Below are positions 41,154 to 51,285 of a stretch of 64,000 nt of DNA, one piece after another (within the stretch, counting starts at the first letter, position 1; every line of letters begins with the position of its first letter). Where the stretch lies: contig CAVXUF010000002.1 in assembly GCA_963764975.1 (NCBI GenBank), positions 1,114,331-1,178,330 of the forward strand, in the 5' to 3' direction. The stretch is from an uncultured Chloroflexia bacterium (GTDB lineage: Bacteria; Chloroflexota; Limnocylindria; Limnocylindrales; CSP1-4). The notes beneath the pieces are model-generated. The model was not told where the DNA came from. It saw nothing but the letters and a program-made list of their open reading frames with translations, and ran no database searches. The position numbers and the translations under genes are program-made.

Positions 41154-43865
41154 CTAGAGGGCGAGTGGATCCAGCTTGTCCGGATCGATGTCGAGCTCGC
41201 GGATCGCCTTGGCGACCTTGGCGCCCGGCATCGCGCCGCAACGTGCCAGCTCCGCGAGGGTGGCCGCCGCGATGTGCGGCGGGTCGATCTCGAACAGTGA
41301 GCGCAGGGATTCGCGCGTGTCGCTGCGACCGAAGCCGTCGGTCCCGAGGCTGACGTAGTGCTCGGGCAGCCATCGGCTCACCATGTCGGGGAGAGCCTTC
41401 ATCCAGTCCGTCGCGACGACGATCGGGCCGCCGTCGCCCGGCAGGATGGTGCTCACGAGGGGGACGCGACGGTCCTTCGCCTCCGGATGGAGCCGGTTCG
41501 ACCGCTCCACGTCGAGCGCATCCCGGCGGAGCCGGCCGAACGATGGCGCGCTGTAGACCTCGGCCGCCACGCCGAACCGCTCGGCCAGGAGGTCGCGGGC
41601 GGCGATGACCTGCATGAGGATCGAGCCGGACCCCACGAGCCGCGCTGGATGCGCGTTGCGTCCCAACCTGGGCGCCGGCGCGAACCGATACAGGCCGCGG
41701 ATGATGTCGTCATCCGTCACGCCCTCGGGACGAGCCGGCTGGGCGTAGTTCTCGTTGTAGAGCGTGACGTAGTAGAAGACGTCCTCGGGTGACGCCCCGT
41801 ACATCCGGACGATGCCGTCGCGCACGACCGCCGCGAGCTCGTAGGCGAAGGCCGGATCGTACGTCCGCACATTGGGGACGGTGGAGGCCAGGATGAGCGA
41901 GTGGCCGTCGTCGTGCTGGAGGCCCTCGCCGGCAAGGGTCGTGCGACCCGCGGTGGCGCCCATGAGGAAGCCGCGACCGCGCGCGTCCCCGAACGCCCAC
42001 ATCTGGTCACCGGTCCGCTGGAACCCGAACATCGAGTAGAAGATGTAGAACGGGATCGCGGCGAGGCCGTGGCTCGCGTACGAGGTGCCGGCGGCCTGGA
42101 AGCTGGCCATCGACCCGGCTTCCGTGATGCCTTCCTCGAGGACCTGACCGTCGGTCGCCTCGCGATAGGACAGGACGAGATCCGAGTCCACGGGCTCATA
42201 CCGCTGGCCCAACGCCGAGTAGATCCCGACCTCCTTGAAGAGGGGGTCCAGACCGAAGGTCCGTGCCTCGTCCGGGACGATGGGCACGATCCGCGGGCCA
42301 AGCTCCTTGTCGCGGATCAGGTTGCGCAGGATGCGCGCGAAGACCATGGTCGTCGAGACGGGGTTGGCGCTGCCCTGGGCGAACTCGGCATCGATGGCCG
42401 GCGGGGGCGTCGGCAGCGCGGCCGCCCGGACCACGCGCCGCGGCACCGGCCCTCCGAGCGCCTTGCGACGTTCGTTGATGTACGCCACCTCGTCCGAATC
42501 CGTGCCGGGGTGGTAGTACGGGGCGTCCTTGAGCTTCGAGTCGGGGATCGGCAGCTCCAGGCGGTCCCGGAAGACGCGCAGCTCTTGCTCGGAGAGCTTC
42601 TTGGCCTGGTGCGTCATGTTGCGGGCCTCGACGCCGGGGCCGAGCGTCCAGCCCTTGACCGTCTTGGCGAGGATCACGGTCGGGGCGCCCTTGTGCTCGG
42701 TGGCGGCCTTGTAGGCGGCGAACATCTTTCGGTAGTCGTGGCCGCCTCGGCGGAGCTTCGCGAGGTCGTCGTCGGAGAGGTGCTCGACCAGCTTGCGGAG
42801 CCGCTCGTCCGGGCCGAAGAAGTGCTCCCGGATGTAGGCACCACCGGCGACGGAGAACTTCTGGAACTCGCCGTCGAGCGTGTCGTTCATCTGTTGGACG
42901 AGCAGACCGTCCACGTCGCGCGCGAGGAGGTCGTCCCACTCGCGCGCCCAGATGACCTTGATGACGTTCCAGCCGGAGCCGCGGAAGACGGCCTCGAGCT
43001 CCTGGATGATCTTGCCGTTGCCACGGACCGGACCGTCGAGGCGCTGCAGGTTGCAGTTGACGACGAAGGTCAGGTTATCGAGTCCCTCGCGCGCGGCCAG
43101 GTGGAGCGCGCCAAGCGATTCGGGTTCGTCCGTCTCGCCGTCGCCCAGGAACGCCCAGACGCGCGAGCCCGAGGTGTCGAGCAGGCCGCGGTTGTGGAGG
43201 TAGCGGTTGTAGCGCGCCTGGTACACGGCGCTGATGGGACCCAGGCCCATCGAGACGGTCGGGAACTCCCAGAACTCCGGCATCAGGCGCGGGTGGGGGT
43301 ACGACGACAGGCCGACGCCGGGGACCGACTCGCGGCGGAAGTGGTCCAGCTGGTCCTCCGTCAGGCGCCCCTCGAGGAACGCCCTGGCGTAGATCCCCGG
43401 GGCCGCGTGGCCCTGATAGAAGATCTGGTCGCCACTCCCTTCCCCGTCCTTGCCGCGGAAGAAGTGGTTGAACCCGGTCTCGTACAGGCTCGCCGACGAG
43501 GCGTACGTCGAGAGGTGGCCGCCGATCCCGGGGAACCGGGTGTTCGCGCGCAGGACCATGGCGACCGCGTTCCAGCGCACGATCCGCCGGATCCGCAACT
43601 CCATCGCCTCGTCGCCCGGGAAGTCGGGCTCCTGTTCCGGGCTGATGGTGTTGATGTAGCGGGTCTGGGTCAGCGGCGGCAGGCCGATCTGGAGCTGACG
43701 GGCCCGCTTGAGGAGCTTGTAGACGAGGAACCGGGCGCGTTGCTCGCCCTCCTGCGCCACGACCTGGTCGAGGGAGTCGATCCAGTCGTCCGTCTCGGAC
43801 TCGTCGATGTCGGGCAGCTGGTGCTTGAACTGGTCGAAGTACATATCCAAGGGAGCGTAGCCCAT
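41154..43865 (-). CDS. aceE: Pyruvate dehydrogenase E1 component, homodimeric type
   Basis: LPDIDESETDDWIDSL start, GGHLSTYASSA, GDGETDEPES and about 900 aa. The start at 43865 was chosen to avoid overlap with the divergent pncA. Confidence 0.92.
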   Translation of the reverse strand: MGYAPLDMYFDQFKHQLPDIDESETDDWIDSLDQVVAQEGEQRARFLVYKLLKRARQLQIGLPPLTQTRYINTISPEQEPDFPGDEAMELRIRRIVRWNAVAMVLRANTRFPGIGGHLSTYASSASLYETGFNHFFRGKDGEGSGDQIFYQGHAAPGIYARAFLEGRLTEDQLDHFRRESVPGVGLSSYPHPRLMPEFWEFPTVSMGLGPISAVYQARYNRYLHNRGLLDTSGSRVWAFLGDGETDEPESLGALHLAAREGLDNLTFVVNCNLQRLDGPVRGNGKIIQELEAVFRGSGWNVIKVIWAREWDDLLARDVDGLLVQQMNDTLDGEFQKFSVAGGAYIREHFFGPDERLRKLVEHLSDDDLAKLRRGGHDYRKMFAAYKAATEHKGAPTVILAKTVKGWTLGPGVEARNMTHQAKKLSEQELRVFRDRLELPIPDSKLKDAPYYHPGTDSDEVAYINERRKALGGPVPRRVVRAAALPTPPPAIDAEFAQGSANPVSTTMVFARILRNLIRDKELGPRIVPIVPDEARTFGLDPLFKEVGIYSALGQRYEPVDSDLVLSYREATDGQVLEEGITEAGSMASFQAAGTSYASHGLAAIPFYIFYSMFGFQRTGDQMWAFGDARGRGFLMGATAGRTTLAGEGLQHDDGHSLILASTVPNVRTYDPAFAYELAAVVRDGIVRMYGASPEDVFYYVTLYNENYAQPARPEGVTDDDIIRGLYRFAPAPRLGRNAHPARLVGSGSILMQVIAARDLLAERFGVAAEVYSAPSFGRLRRDALDVERSNRLHPEAKDRRVPLVSTILPGDGGPIVVATDWMKALPDMVSRWLPEHYVSLGTDGFGRSDTRESLRSLFEIDPPHIAAATLAELARCGAMPGAKVAKAIRELDIDPDKLDPLAL

Positions 43866-43921
43866 CCTTTCCCGGGACGATGGTGACGAAACAGGCACAT
43901 CGACCGACGTAGACTCTCCCG

Positions 43922-44527
43922 ATGCAGCGGTACGACCCCACGACCGCACTCATCGTCGTCGATGTGCAGAACGACTTCGCCGATCCAGCCGGCGGCTTGA
44001 GTGTCGCGGGCGGGGACGCGATCATCGGTCCGGTGAACGGCGAGATCGACATCGCGCTCCGCGATGGCGCGACCGTGGTCTTCACCCAGGATTGGCACCC
44101 GGCCGTGACGCCGCACTTCGCCAAAGACGGGGGGATCTGGCCGGTCCACTGTGTCGGCGACACCTGGGGTTCGGAGCTGCATCCGGCCCTGTCCGTGCCA
44201 CTCGACGCCACCCGGATCCGCAAGGGGGTCGGTGGCGAAGATGGCTATTCCGGGTTCACGCTGCGCGATCCGCGGACCGGGGACACGGTCCCGACCGAGC
44301 TTGACGGGCGCCTGCGCGACGCGGGGATCGCCAGGGTCGTCGTGGTGGGCCTCGCGACCGACTACTGCGTCAAGGCGACCGCGCTCGATGCCGTCGGGCT
44401 GGGGTACGACACCGTGCTGCTGACCGATGCCGTCGCCGCGGTCGACATCGAGCCCGGGGACGGCGCGAGCGCCGTCGACGAGATGCGCGAGGCGGGTGTC
44501 CGTCTCGAGCGAACCACCGAATCGTGA
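43922..44527 (+). CDS. pncA: Nicotinamidase / pyrazinamidase (isochorismatase family)
   Basis: LIVVDVQNDF, QDWHP, HCV and GLATDYCV. Confidence 0.88.
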   Translation: MQRYDPTTALIVVDVQNDFADPAGGLSVAGGDAIIGPVNGEIDIALRDGATVVFTQDWHPAVTPHFAKDGGIWPVHCVGDTWGSELHPALSVPLDATRIRKGVGGEDGYSGFTLRDPRTGDTVPTELDGRLRDAGIARVVVVGLATDYCVKATALDAVGLGYDTVLLTDAVAAVDIEPGDGASAVDEMREAGVRLERTTES

Positions 44528-44534
44528 TGACGGC

Positions 44535-45119
44535 GTGATCCTGGCGTTGCTGCGGCTGGCCACGCTTGGCGCCGTCGGCGCATGGTTCGCGGATGAGGTG
44601 CTGCGCGCCCGTGGCGCGGGTGGACCGCCGCCCCCGGTCCGGACCCGGATCGTGATCGACGCGCCGATCGAGCGGGTCTGGGCCGTGCTCGCCGACATCG
44701 AGGGCCAGCCGCGCTGGATGCACGACATGAAGCGGGTGTCGATGTCGACGCCGGGGCCGACGCGCGTCGGGAGCCGCGGCGAAGCCACGGTTCGGATGTA
44801 TGGCCTGAGCACGACGGACCCCGTTACGGTCACCGCGTTCGAGCCGCCAACGAGATTCGCGGTCGCCCACGAGGGCCGCTTCTCGGGCAGCGGGACCTTC
44901 GAGCTGGAGCCCGGCGCCGACGGGACGACGACGATCGTGCGCTGGGAGGAGACGCTGATCGCCCCGGAACTCGCACACCTCGTGGCCCTCGCCGCTGCGC
45001 CCGTGTTCCATCGGATCTTCCAGCGAGACCTCGAGCGGCTCCGCGACCTGGTCGAGGCCGGCGAAGGCGTCGATGGTGGCGAGCCCAGTCGCGCGGGCGC
45101 GGCCGTCCGGACCGGCTGA
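44535..45119 (+). CDS. SRPBCC-family protein with an N-terminal hydrophobic segment
   Basis: IDAPIERVWAVLADIEGQPRWM. GTG start just after the pncA stop. Confidence 0.65.
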   Translation: MILALLRLATLGAVGAWFADEVLRARGAGGPPPPVRTRIVIDAPIERVWAVLADIEGQPRWMHDMKRVSMSTPGPTRVGSRGEATVRMYGLSTTDPVTVTAFEPPTRFAVAHEGRFSGSGTFELEPGADGTTTIVRWEETLIAPELAHLVALAAAPVFHRIFQRDLERLRDLVEAGEGVDGGEPSRAGAAVRTG

Positions 45120-45134
45120 GACGAAGCCCCGTCG

Positions 45135-46040
45135 ATGCAGATCCACCTCGTCGACGCTACCTACGAGCTGTTCCGTGCGCACTTCGCGCCACGGCCGCCG
45201 GTGCTTGGCCGGGACGGACGCAACCTCTCCGGGGTATCCGGGCTGTGCGACCAGCTCCTGTACCTGCTCCGCGAGGAAGGGGCGACCCATGTCGGTTGCG
45301 CCACGGACCGGGTGATCGAGTCGTTCCGCAACGACCTGTACCCCGGCTACAAGTCCTCGGCCGGGATGGCGCCCGAGCTGCTGTCCCAGTTCCCCATCGC
45401 GGAGGCCGCGGTCGAGGCGCTTGGGATCGTCCTCTGGCCGATGGTCGAATTCGAAGCCGACGACGCGATCGGGGCGGCCGCCTGGCGGTTCGCGGCCGAT
45501 CCGGCGGTCGAGCGCATCGTCGTTTGCACGCCGGACAAGGACATGGCCCAGCTCGTCGTCGGTGATCGAGTCGTCCTGTGGGACCGTCGCCGCGGGATCA
45601 CGTATGACGAAGCGGGCGTCCGCGAGAAATGGGGCGTGGCCCCGACATCGATCCCGGACTGGCTCGCCGTCGTCGGTGATTCATCGGACGGCTACCCGGG
45701 GCTGCCCGGCTGGGGCGCGAAAGGCGCCGCCGCGGTGCTCGCCGTCTACGGCCATCTTGAGGACGTTCCGGCCAAGGCGTCGGCGTGGGAGGTCCCGGGC
45801 GTGGGTGGCTCGCGCGCGATCACCCTCGCGGCAACCCTGCGCGACCACTGGGAGGACGCCCTGCTGTATCGCGACCTGGCGCGGCTCCGATCCGTGGATG
45901 ACGGTGTCCCGATCCGCCAGCGCGTGCCCGACGATCTTCGCTGGGACGGAACACCTCGGGCCACGTGGGAGGCCTTCTGCGAAGAGTGGGGCCTCGACCG
46001 CCTGCGGGCGCGACCCCATCGCTGGCTCGAGGACGGCTGA
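45135..46040 (+). CDS. 5'-3' exonuclease (FEN / Pol I N-terminal-domain family)
   Basis: LVDATYELFRA, EADDAIG, TPDKDMAQL and GDSSDGYPGLPGWGAKGAA. Confidence 0.85.
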   Translation: MQIHLVDATYELFRAHFAPRPPVLGRDGRNLSGVSGLCDQLLYLLREEGATHVGCATDRVIESFRNDLYPGYKSSAGMAPELLSQFPIAEAAVEALGIVLWPMVEFEADDAIGAAAWRFAADPAVERIVVCTPDKDMAQLVVGDRVVLWDRRRGITYDEAGVREKWGVAPTSIPDWLAVVGDSSDGYPGLPGWGAKGAAAVLAVYGHLEDVPAKASAWEVPGVGGSRAITLAATLRDHWEDALLYRDLARLRSVDDGVPIRQRVPDDLRWDGTPRATWEAFCEEWGLDRLRARPHRWLEDG

Positions 46041-46055
46041 CGGACCCGGTCCGCG

Positions 46056-46847
46056 CTATCGCGTGAGCCGGAGCAGCTCCGCGTGATGCTGCGGCGGGGC
46101 CGCCAACGCCCCGATCGACCGCGGCGGTCGAGCGATGTCGAACCACGGTCCGCCATCGGCCGCGGTCACCGTGGCGCCACCTCGTTCCGCGATCAGCCCG
46201 GCCGCCGCGATATCCCATGACGAGAGACCGCCCTGCTGGACGAAGGCATCGAACCGCCCGTTCGCGACGTACGCGAGAGCGAGCGCCGCGGACCCCATCG
46301 ATCGGGAGATGCGAACGGCGCGACGCACGTTGCGCGAGCGCGACGTTGCGGCTCGACCGTTGAGCGCCATCGAAACCACGAAGTCCGACAGCTTGTCCTT
46401 GCGGGACGCCTTGATCGCGTGGCCGTTCAGGGTCGCCGGACCGTCTGCGGTGGCCGCGAAGGTCTCTCCGCGCGTGGGATCGTGGATGACCCCGACCGAC
46501 GGGCGCCCGTCGATCACCAGCCCGATCGCGACGCAGAAGACCGGCAGGCCATTGGCGTAGTTCACGGTGCCGTCAAGCGGATCGACGATCCAGACGCGGC
46601 CACGGCCCGAGGTCGCCGCCTCGCCCGCAGGCGCGGGGTGCTCGCCGGTCTCCTCGGCCATGATCGCGTCCGCCGGATACGTCGAGCGGATCGCGTCAAG
46701 GATCAGGGCCTCGGACAGATGGTCCGCCTCGGTCACGACGTCGCGGGCGCTCTTGTGGTCGATGCGTTCCAGTCGCTCGTAGCGGTCCATGAGGATCTCG
46801 CCGGCCCGCACGGCCAGGCCGGTCGCGAACGCCAGGTCCGTGGTCAT
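46056..46847 (-). CDS. Inositol monophosphatase-family protein
   Basis: EADHLSE, WIVDPLDGTVNY and WDIAAAGLI. Confidence 0.88.
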   Translation of the reverse strand: MTTDLAFATGLAVRAGEILMDRYERLERIDHKSARDVVTEADHLSEALILDAIRSTYPADAIMAEETGEHPAPAGEAATSGRGRVWIVDPLDGTVNYANGLPVFCVAIGLVIDGRPSVGVIHDPTRGETFAATADGPATLNGHAIKASRKDKLSDFVVSMALNGRAATSRSRNVRRAVRISRSMGSAALALAYVANGRFDAFVQQGGLSSWDIAAAGLIAERGGATVTAADGGPWFDIARPPRSIGALAAPPQHHAELLRLTR

Positions 46848-47332
46848 GGCGCGGGACAGTCGACGACCAGGTCTCGCGCGACGGCACCCAGTCCCGTCAC
46901 GGTCTGGCTGAACGTGGCCGTCTCGCCCGGTCCGATCCGCGGGCTGAGGATGATCGCGATGCCGACCCCGTTGCGGTCGTTCGGGTCGACGACTCGACAC
47001 GGGCTCTGACCCTCGGCGGCGCCCTGATTGGTCACGGTCAGCGTGATCGTCAGTCCCTCCCCTGCCAAGACGACGTCGCCGACGCTGGCGTCGAACGGGC
47101 CGACACCCGACACGGAGAGCCTCGCCAGCAGGGCCAGGACGATGATCGCCCCGACGACGGCGACGAAGACCGTTCCGTGGACCTGCGACGAGGCGACGTC
47201 CTTGAGCCCGAGGGGATTGCAGCGCTCGCACAGCCCGACGTCCAGCGCCACGGGGGCGCCGCAGCGGATGCACCCGTGCGTGCCGTCCGGGGCGCCCGGG
47301 ATCGCGGCCGGACGGGAAGCGGGGTCACTCAC
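46844..47332 (-). CDS. Zinc-ribbon / single-TM protein of unknown function
   Basis: CIRCGAP..CERCNP, then TM helix VFVAVVGAIIVLALLA, then a beta-rich domain. GTG start. Its stop overlaps the IMPase ATG. Confidence 0.45.
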   Translation of the reverse strand: MSDPASRPAAIPGAPDGTHGCIRCGAPVALDVGLCERCNPLGLKDVASSQVHGTVFVAVVGAIIVLALLARLSVSGVGPFDASVGDVVLAGEGLTITLTVTNQGAAEGQSPCRVVDPNDRNGVGIAIILSPRIGPGETATFSQTVTGLGAVARDLVVDCPAP

Positions 47333-47357
47333 GACTCGATGGTGCCACGAACGAGCC

Positions 47358-48197
47358 CTACCAGCGGTCGGCCGCCCTGACGAGCGCATCGATGTCGGCG
47401 GTGGTCCGGGCGAGCACGATCGCGCCATCCGCCCCCGCCTCGCGCCAGCGCGCCCATGTCTCGACCGGGGCGTCGACCCAGGGCGACCCGACCAGCGTCT
47501 CGTCCGAGAGGACCTGACCCTGGAACCCCACGTGGACCTGCTGGTCGGCGCGCGCTCGCCCGGCCGCGTCGAGCGATTCGAGATAGATCGGGAGGTTGCG
47601 CTCGAAGTTGTCATCGAAGGCGGACCAGCCGTCGCCGATCCGTCCGGCGAGGCGCGCTCCGGCCGCCGTCTCCCCGCCGATCACGATCGCCGGTGTCGGC
47701 ACCGGGACCGGCCAGGCGTGCGCGTCGGTGAGCGGGTAGAACGGTGATCCCCGTGTCACGGGACCGCCGGTCCACAGGGCGCGGATCACGGCCACGGCCT
47801 CCTCGAGACGCGCGACACGTTCCGGAGCCGGCGGGAAATCGATCCCGTAGGCGTCGTGCTCGGGGGGATGACCGCCGATCCCGATCCCGAGCGTCAATCG
47901 CCCGCCACTCGCGATCTGGAGCGTGGACGCCATCCGCGCCAGGAGCGACGGGTGCCGGTTCATCACGTTGATCACGAACGGCGCGACCCCGATCCGCGAT
48001 GTCTGCGCGGCCGCCATCGACAAGGCGGTCCAGCATTCGACGACGGGGACGGTCAGGTCGACCCGGCCCATGAAGTGGTCCCAGGCCCAGACCCCGGCAT
48101 AGCCGGCCGCATCGAGGCGGCGGGCGCTCTCGAGCCACCAGGTCGGTTCCGCGCGGATGGTCCGGATCGCGACACCGATCGGGAGCCCGTCGGTCAC
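47358..48197 (-). CDS. LLM-class (luciferase-like, probably F420-dependent) oxidoreductase
   Basis: GYAGVWAWDHF, GRLTLGIGIGG and VIGGET. Confidence 0.8.
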   Translation of the reverse strand: MTDGLPIGVAIRTIRAEPTWWLESARRLDAAGYAGVWAWDHFMGRVDLTVPVVECWTALSMAAAQTSRIGVAPFVINVMNRHPSLLARMASTLQIASGGRLTLGIGIGGHPPEHDAYGIDFPPAPERVARLEEAVAVIRALWTGGPVTRGSPFYPLTDAHAWPVPVPTPAIVIGGETAAGARLAGRIGDGWSAFDDNFERNLPIYLESLDAAGRARADQQVHVGFQGQVLSDETLVGSPWVDAPVETWARWREAGADGAIVLARTTADIDALVRAADRW

Positions 48198-49042
48198 AGG
48201 CCGGTCTCGAACAGCCGGATGTCCTCGCGGGTGATCGTGTGACCGTCGCCGCGGGTGGGTTCGAGCGCGGCTCGGGCGCCGAGCGCGTCGAGATCGGTCG
48301 GGAAGCGTCCGATCAGGTCCAGCACCACCCCCTGGATCCGGGTGGCGTTCTGCTGGAAGACCTCGAGGACGTCGGTGGCGTTGACGGCTTCGGTGCCCTC
48401 GTGGACACCCGCGTCGTAGTCGGTGATGAGGCTGATGTTCACGACGGCGATCCCAAGTTCACGACACAGCCAGGCCTCGGGGTACTGAGTCATGTTGATG
48501 ACCTCCCAGCCAGCGTCGCTGAACCACTTGGATTCGGCCTTCGTCGAGAAGCGCGGCCCGGAGATGACCACGACGGTCCCGTGCTCGTGGACCTCGATCC
48601 CGTGGTCGCGGATGGTCTCGATCGCCAGGCGCCGCAGGACCGGGTCGTACGTCTCCGCCGACGACAGGTGCGTGACGATCGGGCCGTCGAAGAACGTGTC
48701 GGCGCGGCCGCGGGTCCGATCCACGAACTGGTCACAGACCACGAAATCGCCGGGCTTCACCGCGAGCTGGAGGGACCCCGCGGCACACGGCGAGATCGCC
48801 GCCTTGACCCCGAGCGAGCGCATCGCCCACACGTTGGCCCGGTAGTTGATCGCGTGCGGCGGGATCGTGTGTCGGCGTCCGTGCCGTGGCAGGAACGCGA
48901 CCCGGCGGCCGGCGACGTCGGCGAGGAAGACCGAGTCCGATGGCGCCCCGTACGGCGTGTCGACCTTGATCTCGCGCACATCGTCGAGCAGCGAGTAGAA
49001 CCCCGACCCGCCGAAGACCCCGATCTCCGCACTGTCCGCCAC
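48194..49042 (-). CDS. mtnP: S-methyl-5'-thioadenosine phosphorylase
   Basis: IGVFGGSGFY, FLPRHG..H.IPPH.INYRAN and INMTQYPEA. Confidence 0.9.
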   Translation of the reverse strand: MADSAEIGVFGGSGFYSLLDDVREIKVDTPYGAPSDSVFLADVAGRRVAFLPRHGRRHTIPPHAINYRANVWAMRSLGVKAAISPCAAGSLQLAVKPGDFVVCDQFVDRTRGRADTFFDGPIVTHLSSAETYDPVLRRLAIETIRDHGIEVHEHGTVVVISGPRFSTKAESKWFSDAGWEVINMTQYPEAWLCRELGIAVVNISLITDYDAGVHEGTEAVNATDVLEVFQQNATRIQGVVLDLIGRFPTDLDALGARAALEPTRGDGHTITREDIRLFETGL

Positions 49043-49113
49043 GACCTGCCTCCCATCCGTTCGACACCGGGCGACGCGGCCGGCCGGCCCGATTCTAGGC
49101 GCCGCGGGCTAGG

Positions 49114-49404
49114 ATGGTCGTGACGAGCGAAACCCGCCGATGCGAGGCCGCCATGGATGACCCGACCACACCGCCCGAACCCACGACGCGGACCGCGAAC
49201 CCGCGACCCCGGCAACGTGACGAGGGTCGCTGGGCATCGCTCATCACCGGGTTCATCGTCCTCGGGATCGGACTGTGGTTCTTCGCGGACCACACGCTCG
49301 GCCTGGACATGCCGCTCCTGCGCTGGAGCCAGCTGTGGCCCCTCATCGTGATCGGGGTCGGGGCGTTGATCCTGGTCGGGGCGCTGCGGCGAGACCGGCG
49401 CTGA
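49114..49404 (+). CDS. Small two-TM membrane protein (LiaF/DUF5668-like)
   Basis: LITGFIVLGIGLWFF and LWPLIVIGVGALILVGAL. The start may be 49153. Confidence 0.45.
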   Translation: MVVTSETRRCEAAMDDPTTPPEPTTRTANPRPRQRDEGRWASLITGFIVLGIGLWFFADHTLGLDMPLLRWSQLWPLIVIGVGALILVGALRRDRR

Positions 49405-49409
49405 CCGAG

Positions 49410-50063
49410 GTGGCCTGGAGCCAGGGCGACGGGTCGGCGACCGACCGTCTGTGGCTGGCGGATTGGCGGCGACGGATCGCGACGCTCTATAGCGAGATCC
49501 GGGCGATGCGTGCGTCCGACCCTGACGGCGCGCTCGAGCATTGGCGCTCGACGCGCGAGTCGCTCTTCCGCGAGCACCCGCAATCGCCGGTCCCGCCGGC
49601 CGAACGCGCGGCCTTTCGCGCCCGGCACTTCCCATCAGACGGCGGATTGCGCTTCGAGGTCCCGCTGGTCCCGGCCGAGGCGTCGACCGGTGCCGTGAGC
49701 CTCGCGCTCCCGAACAGCGGCCCTGACACGCTGTCGTTCACTCGGATCGGCACCGTGACGCTGCCCTTCACGGAGGGCCCCGCGACGCTGGCCGTGTACT
49801 GGATGGCCGGGTATGCCGGTGGCCTGTTCATCCCGTTCCGTGACGCGACCAACGGCACCGAGACCTATGGCGCCGGACGCTACCTCGTGGACGCGGCAAA
49901 GAGCGCCGATCTGGGTGGCGACCCGGAGGCCGGCACGCTGGTCCTGGACTTCGACTACGCGATCCAGCCGTCGTGCGCGTTCGATCCACGGTGGGCCTGC
50001 CCGCTCGCGCCACCCGAGAATCGGCTCGACCGCCCGATCCGCGCAGGTGAACGCCTCGCCTGA
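49410..50063 (+). CDS. DUF1684-family protein
   Basis: FIPFRDATNGTETYGAGRYL, LDFDYAIQPSCAFDPRWACPLAPPENRL. GTG start. Confidence 0.75.
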   Translation: MAWSQGDGSATDRLWLADWRRRIATLYSEIRAMRASDPDGALEHWRSTRESLFREHPQSPVPPAERAAFRARHFPSDGGLRFEVPLVPAEASTGAVSLALPNSGPDTLSFTRIGTVTLPFTEGPATLAVYWMAGYAGGLFIPFRDATNGTETYGAGRYLVDAAKSADLGGDPEAGTLVLDFDYAIQPSCAFDPRWACPLAPPENRLDRPIRAGERLA

Positions 50064-50151
50064 CGGTCGCCGACCGGGACGAACGTACCCGGTACCGCGG
50101 GACCCCCGGGCGTGTCCGGCAAGGCGATCCGGCGAGCATCATCGCCAAGCG

Positions 50152-51285
50152 ATGCGCATCTTCAACGCCCCGCGCCGAGCGCCCGACGAGCGACTCCTCT
50201 GGTCGCGCGATATCCGGTTCGTCCATCACCTCGCCGGGATGGCTGCTGGCGCGCGGACCATCGAGCTCGATGCGGGCACGGTCCTCATCGCTCCGGCCGC
50301 GGTCCTGACCGAGCGCCTCGTCGAGCGGGCGGCAGAGGCCGCTGGGGATCCGGACTTCGGTCTGGTCTCCGTCGACACGGATCTGCCCGAGTCCGAGCGC
50401 TACCTCATCTCCACATCGGCCGCGATCCAGCTCTCCGGATTGGCTGACCGGATCGGGATGGCGCAGTCGTCGCAGATGGTCCAGACCAAGATGCTCGACT
50501 ACTTCTTCAGCCTGCGCACGCTCCACCGCGTCGCATTCCAGCCGATCGTGGACCTGGCGACCGGTGACCTGCACGAATACGAGTGCCTCTTCCGGCCCGA
50601 GATGCCGATGCTCCCCCAGTCGATCTCCGACGTGGTCGCGGCCGCGATCAACACGAACCGCGCGGTGGAGCTCGACACGTTCATCGTCAACACGATCCTG
50701 GCTCGCGCCGGGGAGATGGAGGCGGTGGGGCGCGAGATCGGTCGGCCGCCGCGACGCTACGCGATCAACTTCGCGCCGGCGAGCCTCCTGCACCCCACGT
50801 TCGAGGCTCGGGCGATCGCCGCGATGGTCCGCGACGCCGGACTCACGCCGTCACGGATCACGATCGAATGCACGGAACAGCAGGCGGTCGCGGACGTCGA
50901 CCCGCTGCGCCGCCAGGTCAAGGCGCTGCGCCGGCTCGGGTTCGGCTTCGCGGTCGATGATGCGGGCGCCGGCTATGCGAGCTTCGCGCTCGTCGCGTCG
51001 CTGCGCCCATCGATCATCAAGATCGACCGCGACATCGCCCACGGCGTCGCCCGCGATGATGCCCGGCTCGCGCTCGTCGAAGCGTTCGTCTCCTTCGGTC
51101 GCCGGATCGACGCCAAGCTCGTGGCTGAAGGGATCGACCGTCGCGCCGACCTCGCCATGCTCAAGTCGCTTGGCGTCGACTATGGCCAGGGATACCTGCT
51201 GGGGCGCCCCTCGGCGGAGCCAGCCAGACCGCGCCAGCTCGGTCCGAGCCGCCCACGAGCCGCTCGCGTACCATCGAGGGCATGA
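50152..51285 (+). CDS. EAL-domain c-di-GMP phosphodiesterase with an uncharacterised N-terminal domain
   Basis: FQPIVDL, YECLFRP, INFAP, ECTEQ, FAVDDAGAGYAS, IKIDR, VAEGID and GQGYLLGRP. Confidence 0.85.
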   Translation: MRIFNAPRRAPDERLLWSRDIRFVHHLAGMAAGARTIELDAGTVLIAPAAVLTERLVERAAEAAGDPDFGLVSVDTDLPESERYLISTSAAIQLSGLADRIGMAQSSQMVQTKMLDYFFSLRTLHRVAFQPIVDLATGDLHEYECLFRPEMPMLPQSISDVVAAAINTNRAVELDTFIVNTILARAGEMEAVGREIGRPPRRYAINFAPASLLHPTFEARAIAAMVRDAGLTPSRITIECTEQQAVADVDPLRRQVKALRRLGFGFAVDDAGAGYASFALVASLRPSIIKIDRDIAHGVARDDARLALVEAFVSFGRRIDAKLVAEGIDRRADLAMLKSLGVDYGQGYLLGRPSAEPARPRQLGPSRPRAARVPSRA

